Positions 59,720 to 64,000 of a stretch of DNA of 64,000 nucleotides are shown here, one piece after another (position 1 is the first letter of the stretch; every line of letters starts with the position of its first letter). The notes below the pieces were generated by a model. That model was not told the origin of the DNA and did no database searches. It saw only the letters and a program-made list of their open reading frames with translations. Position numbers and translations under genes: made by a program. Location of the stretch: assembly GCF_000281045.1 (NCBI RefSeq), contig NW_008246069.1:630437-694436 (forward strand), given 5' to 3'. Source of the stretch: Saprolegnia diclina VS20 (taxonomy: Eukaryota).

Positions 59720-60734
59720 ATGGACATTACGCTCTGCTCGTACAACATCCGCTTCGTCTTGGACCGCTGGGACGAGCGCCGGCCCTTCCTCGAGAAGACG
59801 CTCGTGGCGACCAACGCCGACGTCTTTGCGCTCCAAGAAGTCAACATTGGCATGCACCACGGCCAGCACGCGCACCTTCGCGACGAGCTCTCGAGTGCGC
59901 TGTCGACGCCGTTCACGGCCTTTGGGTCGCCGGGCGCACGCTGGTACATTGAACGCATCCCGTATCTCGGCGCACTCCTCTCGGGCGAGCGCAACCCGAT
60001 CGCGCGCTTCTTTTACGACGGCTACGCGCGCTTCAACGAGCGCTTCCTCGCGACGATCCTCGGTCGACACACGCAGACCATCTATCACAACGAAGTGCTG
60101 CGGGTCCTCCTCTATGGACTCCTTGGCACGGGCTGGGTCTTTGGCACGACGCTCCTCGCCCGGTCGGCCCTCACGTACGAACCTCTTTGTTCTTGTAGTT
60201 CGCGATGCTCATATTCTTAGGCCCGAGGGTGCGGATGTGCTCCTTGTCGGTGGCTGGCGCGCCGCGCAGTGCGTCCACGTGACGACGACCGTAGACAAGA
60301 AGATGCTGGTCGTGAACGTTCACCTCTCATCGGCGCTTGACCAAGAAGACATTCGCATCGACGAAGCACGCCAGATTTGCGACTGGATTGACGCCAAGTG
60401 TGAGGTCGATGACGCTCTCACAGCAGTGGCGATCATGGGCGACTTCAACTGCTTCCCCCACGGTGACTGCTACAAGTACCTCGTCGGTCGTGGCTACAAG
60501 AGCGCGCATAACACGTGTCACTCGGCCGAACCCGAGGTGACGTTCCATCAAGGGCTGGAAGCGCCGACCAAGGACGTTGGCGACGAGTGCACACTCGACT
60601 ACATCTTCCTCAAGGGCGATTCGGTCACCGTCAAGTACGTCCAAGTCGTCGGCCAAACGCAGTGCGGCGATGACAGCACCCTCTTCCCGAGCGACCACTT
60701 TGGTCTCGTGGCGCGCTTGACGCTCGCAGAGTAA
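59720..60734 (+). CDS. Endonuclease/exonuclease/phosphatase (EEP) family protein; one intron near 60175-60220
   Basis: SYNI, DVFALQEV, VNVHL, MGDFN, LDYIF, PSDH. Confidence 0.88.
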
Positions 60735-60819
60735 GAGCCCAGATGTTGATACATAAGACACCCAGTCACAATATAACGATTCGACTAACGTTAAGCTACC
60801 ATGTGCTCACCAATGTATG

Positions 60820-60841
60820 CAATGACAATGACAATGACAAT
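60820..60841. repeat. Short (CAATGA)n microsatellite
   Basis: caatgacaatgacaatgacaat. Confidence 0.7.
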
Positions 60842-60953
60842 ACGTGCCATCGCACCGGACGCTCTTTGATTGGGTGGCGTCAGAAGGAAACGCTCTAGAT
60901 TGGCTCAATTCCGCTCTGTTTTGGCCAATTGACAGTCGAGCCTGCCCATTTGC

Positions 60954-61983
60954 ATGAGCACGCCGAATCCGTTCCTGCGCTTTGCGCACCCACGGGACGA
61001 GGCTCAGCCCAAGCAGCGGGCCAAGAGGCTTCTGTCGCCGAGGCCTGCTACGTCGGGTAAGCGGCAGCGACCCGAAGCTACGACCAAGGAAGAAGCGGAT
61101 GGCGACGACCCTCGACTGGCCATGCTCGCTTGCATGCAGTCGATTCGCAAGACTATGATCGCGCAAGTCGACATCTACGGCACGCAGCAGCTATACAGCG
61201 CCTCGATGGCGCCCAAGGTGCGCATTGTACCGGCGCTCGGTCTGTCACGGACGCATTGAGCTAGGACCAGCGCTGGCAAATTCTGATCGCGTCGCTTCTG
61301 AGCACGCAGACGAGAGACGAAATCACAGCGGGCGCCATGTTGCGGCTGCACGCGCTGCCTGGGGGTCTCACAATATCGTCCGTGCTCGCACTCTCGGTCG
61401 CCGAGCTTGATGCGCTACTAAGTCCCGTCGGGTTCCACCTGTACGTCCGTTCCAACTTCCGAGATGAGTGACAATTATGCTAGGAAAAAGGCTGAGCAGT
61501 TGCTGCGTATTGCAGACATATTGCAGACGCGCTTCGAGAGTGACATTCCTCTCTCGATCGCCGAGCTCGTAAGTCATGCACGCTCTCCCACAGCAGGCAA
61601 TGAAGATGGGATGATAGATGGAGCTTCCTGGCATCGGTCCAAAGGTCGCGCGCTTGATCGCTCTCGTGGCGTGGGGGCGCGCGGACGGGATCATTGTCGA
61701 CACGCACGTCCACCGCATCGCGCGCCGACTCGGGTAAAACAGCGAAGAACACCGTGCGTTCAATGATATATATGGGCTTAGGTGGACCTCTGCGCCAGCC
61801 AAGACCGCCGAAGACTCTCGCCGAGAGCTCGAGGGGTGGATTCCGCCTGACAAGTGGGGCGACATGTCCAAGCTTCTGATCGGGTTTGGCCAAACGTACT
61901 GCAAAGCGGTCAAGCCCAAGTGCGTGTCGTGCCCAATGCGCGCTACGTGTCCGTCGAGCTCGCAAGGGTCCGATGCTGTGTAA
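60954..61983 (+). CDS. NTH1: Endonuclease III homolog (HhH-GPD glycosylase with 4Fe-4S cluster), multi-exon
   Basis: [60 protein letters not shown]. Confidence 0.92.
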
Positions 61984-62195
61984 TCACCACATTGGTCTAA
62001 TATCGAAATGCAGTGAAAGAATTCGAGGATGGACTCCACCTCTGTGAAATCCGCCAGTGCGCTAAATACGGTCCAGAGCTGCGCTGCGTTTCAGCGCATG
62101 GAAATCGAATGTCGAAGAAATGACGGTTGAAGCGCCGTTGGCATTTGCACGAACCGCGATTCACAATTGCTTTGTCGCTCCAAGTTGCTCATAGC

Positions 62196-63626
62196 ATGCT
62201 CCAAACCAAGTGGCTCCTTGGGCTTGCAGTGGCCGTCGCTGCGGGTTCGTCCGCCCTCTCGTGTGGCCCCTCCCAGTACCTCGACCCAATCTCGAGTGTT
62301 TGCGTCAACTATGCCAACCAAGGCGCCAAGGCTGGTGCCGTCCTTGATGGAGCGCTGGACACGGGTAGCACTGCGTGGATGCTCATGTCATCCGCGCTTG
62401 TCATGATCATGACGCCGGGCGTCGCCTTCTTCTACGCCGGCCTCGCGGGCGAAGACATGGCGTCCAACACGATGATGATGTCGTTCATGAGCATGGCGCT
62501 CGTCTCGATCCAGTTTTGGCTCTTTGGCTACTCGGTGGCGTTTAGCTCGGACGGCCTCTTTAGCTGGGCGACGTACGCCAAGGTGGGGAAGCTCCCGAGC
62601 GCCACGTACGCGACGACGTCCCCGCACATTGTCTTTGCTCTCTTCCAAACCCAGTTTGCGACGATTACGCCGGCGCTGCTCAGCGGCGGCATTGTCGGTC
62701 GCATGAAGTTTAGCACCTACGTCCTCTTTCTCCTTCTATGGACGTCCATCGTCTACGACCCGCTGGCCAATTGGATGTGGTCCTTGAAACTCGACGACAA
62801 CTGGGCGGCCAAGGCCATGGGCTGGGAAGGCAAGCTCGGCGCGCTCGACTTTGCTGGCGGCACCGTCATCCACGTTGCGAGTGGCTTTGGCGCCCTCGCG
62901 TCCGCGCTCGTCGTCGGAAGTCGCACCAACGGCGGCGAGGTTAAGCCCCACAACGTCCCGCTCGTTATGATTGGCACGACCTTGCTCTGGTTTGGCTGGT
63001 TCGGCTTTAACGCCGGGTCCGAGGGCGCTGCCGACGGCGTCGCGGCCATCGCCGCCATCAACACGCACCTCGCCGCGTCAGCAGGCTTTTTGACTTGGGC
63101 GTTTGTCGATTACTTAAGCAGCGGCAAGGTTGATCCGTGTGGCGCCGCCAGTGGCGCAGTCGCGGGCCTCGTCTGCATCACCCCGGGCTGCGGCTATGTC
63201 TTTCCATGGGCCGCCGTGATCTTTGGGATCCTCGGCGCCACCACCGGGTTTGCGGCCGTGCGCATGAAGAACCGCCTCGGCTACGACGATACGCTCGACT
63301 CGTTTGCGATCCACGGGTGCGCGGGCTTCGTCGGTGGTCTCCTCACAGGTCTCTTTGCCACGCCTGATGTGAACCCGGCCATCGTCGGCGGCGCGTTCTA
63401 CGGCCACAGTATGCAGTTTGTGTACCAGCTCGTCGCCCAGTGCGTCACGGCGGGCTACTCGTTCGTCGTCACGACGCTTCTCCTCCTTGCGCTCAAGCAC
63501 ACGATCGGCCTCCGCGTCTCCAAGGAGAAGGAAATCCTCGGCATGGACGCCGTGTACCATGGCGGCCTCGCCTACGACCACACTCTCACGCGCTCTGGGT
63601 CGCGCCCCACAGGCGAGATGGAGTGA
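62196..63626 (+). CDS. AMT: Ammonium transporter (Amt/Mep)
   Basis: MTPGVAFFYAG, FQTQFA, DFAGGTVIH, PHN, LLWFGWFGFNAGS, GAVAGLVCITP, YDDTLDSFAIHG, GLRVS.E.E..GMD. Confidence 0.95.
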   Translation: MLQTKWLLGLAVAVAAGSSALSCGPSQYLDPISSVCVNYANQGAKAGAVLDGALDTGSTAWMLMSSALVMIMTPGVAFFYAGLAGEDMASNTMMMSFMSMALVSIQFWLFGYSVAFSSDGLFSWATYAKVGKLPSATYATTSPHIVFALFQTQFATITPALLSGGIVGRMKFSTYVLFLLLWTSIVYDPLANWMWSLKLDDNWAAKAMGWEGKLGALDFAGGTVIHVASGFGALASALVVGSRTNGGEVKPHNVPLVMIGTTLLWFGWFGFNAGSEGAADGVAAIAAINTHLAASAGFLTWAFVDYLSSGKVDPCGAASGAVAGLVCITPGCGYVFPWAAVIFGILGATTGFAAVRMKNRLGYDDTLDSFAIHGCAGFVGGLLTGLFATPDVNPAIVGGAFYGHSMQFVYQLVAQCVTAGYSFVVTTLLLLALKHTIGLRVSKEKEILGMDAVYHGGLAYDHTLTRSGSRPTGEME

Positions 63627-64000
63627 GAACGACTAAGATAATTGCATTGATACTCTTTGCATGAGACGTGAGTTCTCCAATGGAAAGCGTCAGATGTACA
63701 AAAAGCATATGCGTTCAAGTTGATAATTGGGTTGAGTTACGTCGTCCTGATGTTATGGATAAGAGACGTGGTCAATATGACGATGAAGAAGGTGTGGCGT
63801 GCTACGGCGCAAGGGCAGCTTGTCGGTAGAGCGCAGAGAGGAGCCATGCAACGGCCAAGATCGTCAAGACCGCCAGTTTGATGAGCGCTGCCACCATGAT
63901 TTCTTGGTTGGATTCGATCTTGGGCGACAGATTCATGTACGTTGTTGCGGAAGGGCGCGATGCGATCGAGGCGAAGAGACCCATCGCCGACGACCGGCCC

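Noticed and set aside
63802..63984. 60-aa hydrophobic minus-strand ORF at the window end
   Set aside because: May be the tail of a gene starting outside the window; insufficient context
1..64000. CRISPR arrays, rRNA or tRNA genes
   Set aside because: No repeat-spacer array or recognisable structural RNA seen by eye

Overview
Gene-dense eukaryotic DNA, most likely a saprolegnialean oomycete. This is inferred from very short 44-50 nt GT-AG introns, tandem GPCR-PIP kinases, a flagellar dynein-2 heavy chain and an oomycete INR+FPR promoter motif. About 29 protein-coding genes are supported: NAPRT, DYNC2H1, two CAX exchangers, JmjC, DNase II, a 3-RRM Gbp2-like protein, a cupredoxin-ankyrin fusion, an EF-hand protein, a double-MAPR protein, two PX-like proteins, a pseudo-lipase, a TrpF-like TIM barrel, a CudA-like protein, two GPCR-PIPKs, an SPX/EXS protein, LpxB, a FYVE-PI3K, DCP1, an EEP enzyme, NTH1 and AMT, plus a few hypotheticals. 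A repeat island at 40.6-44.0 kb holds an RTE-like LINE 3' end and a segment duplicated across an assembly gap. One copy carries a 497-bp TIR element; the other carries what looks like its excision footprint. The island also holds a 557-bp near-perfect palindrome with microhomology junctions. The most unusual candidates are the tightly packed EF-hand / cupredoxin-ankyrin / IQ gene triplet, the split-FYVE + F-box-like + PI3K protein, and the transposon/palindrome locus. All calls come from motif recognition by eye; no searches were run and exon boundaries are approximate unless stated.
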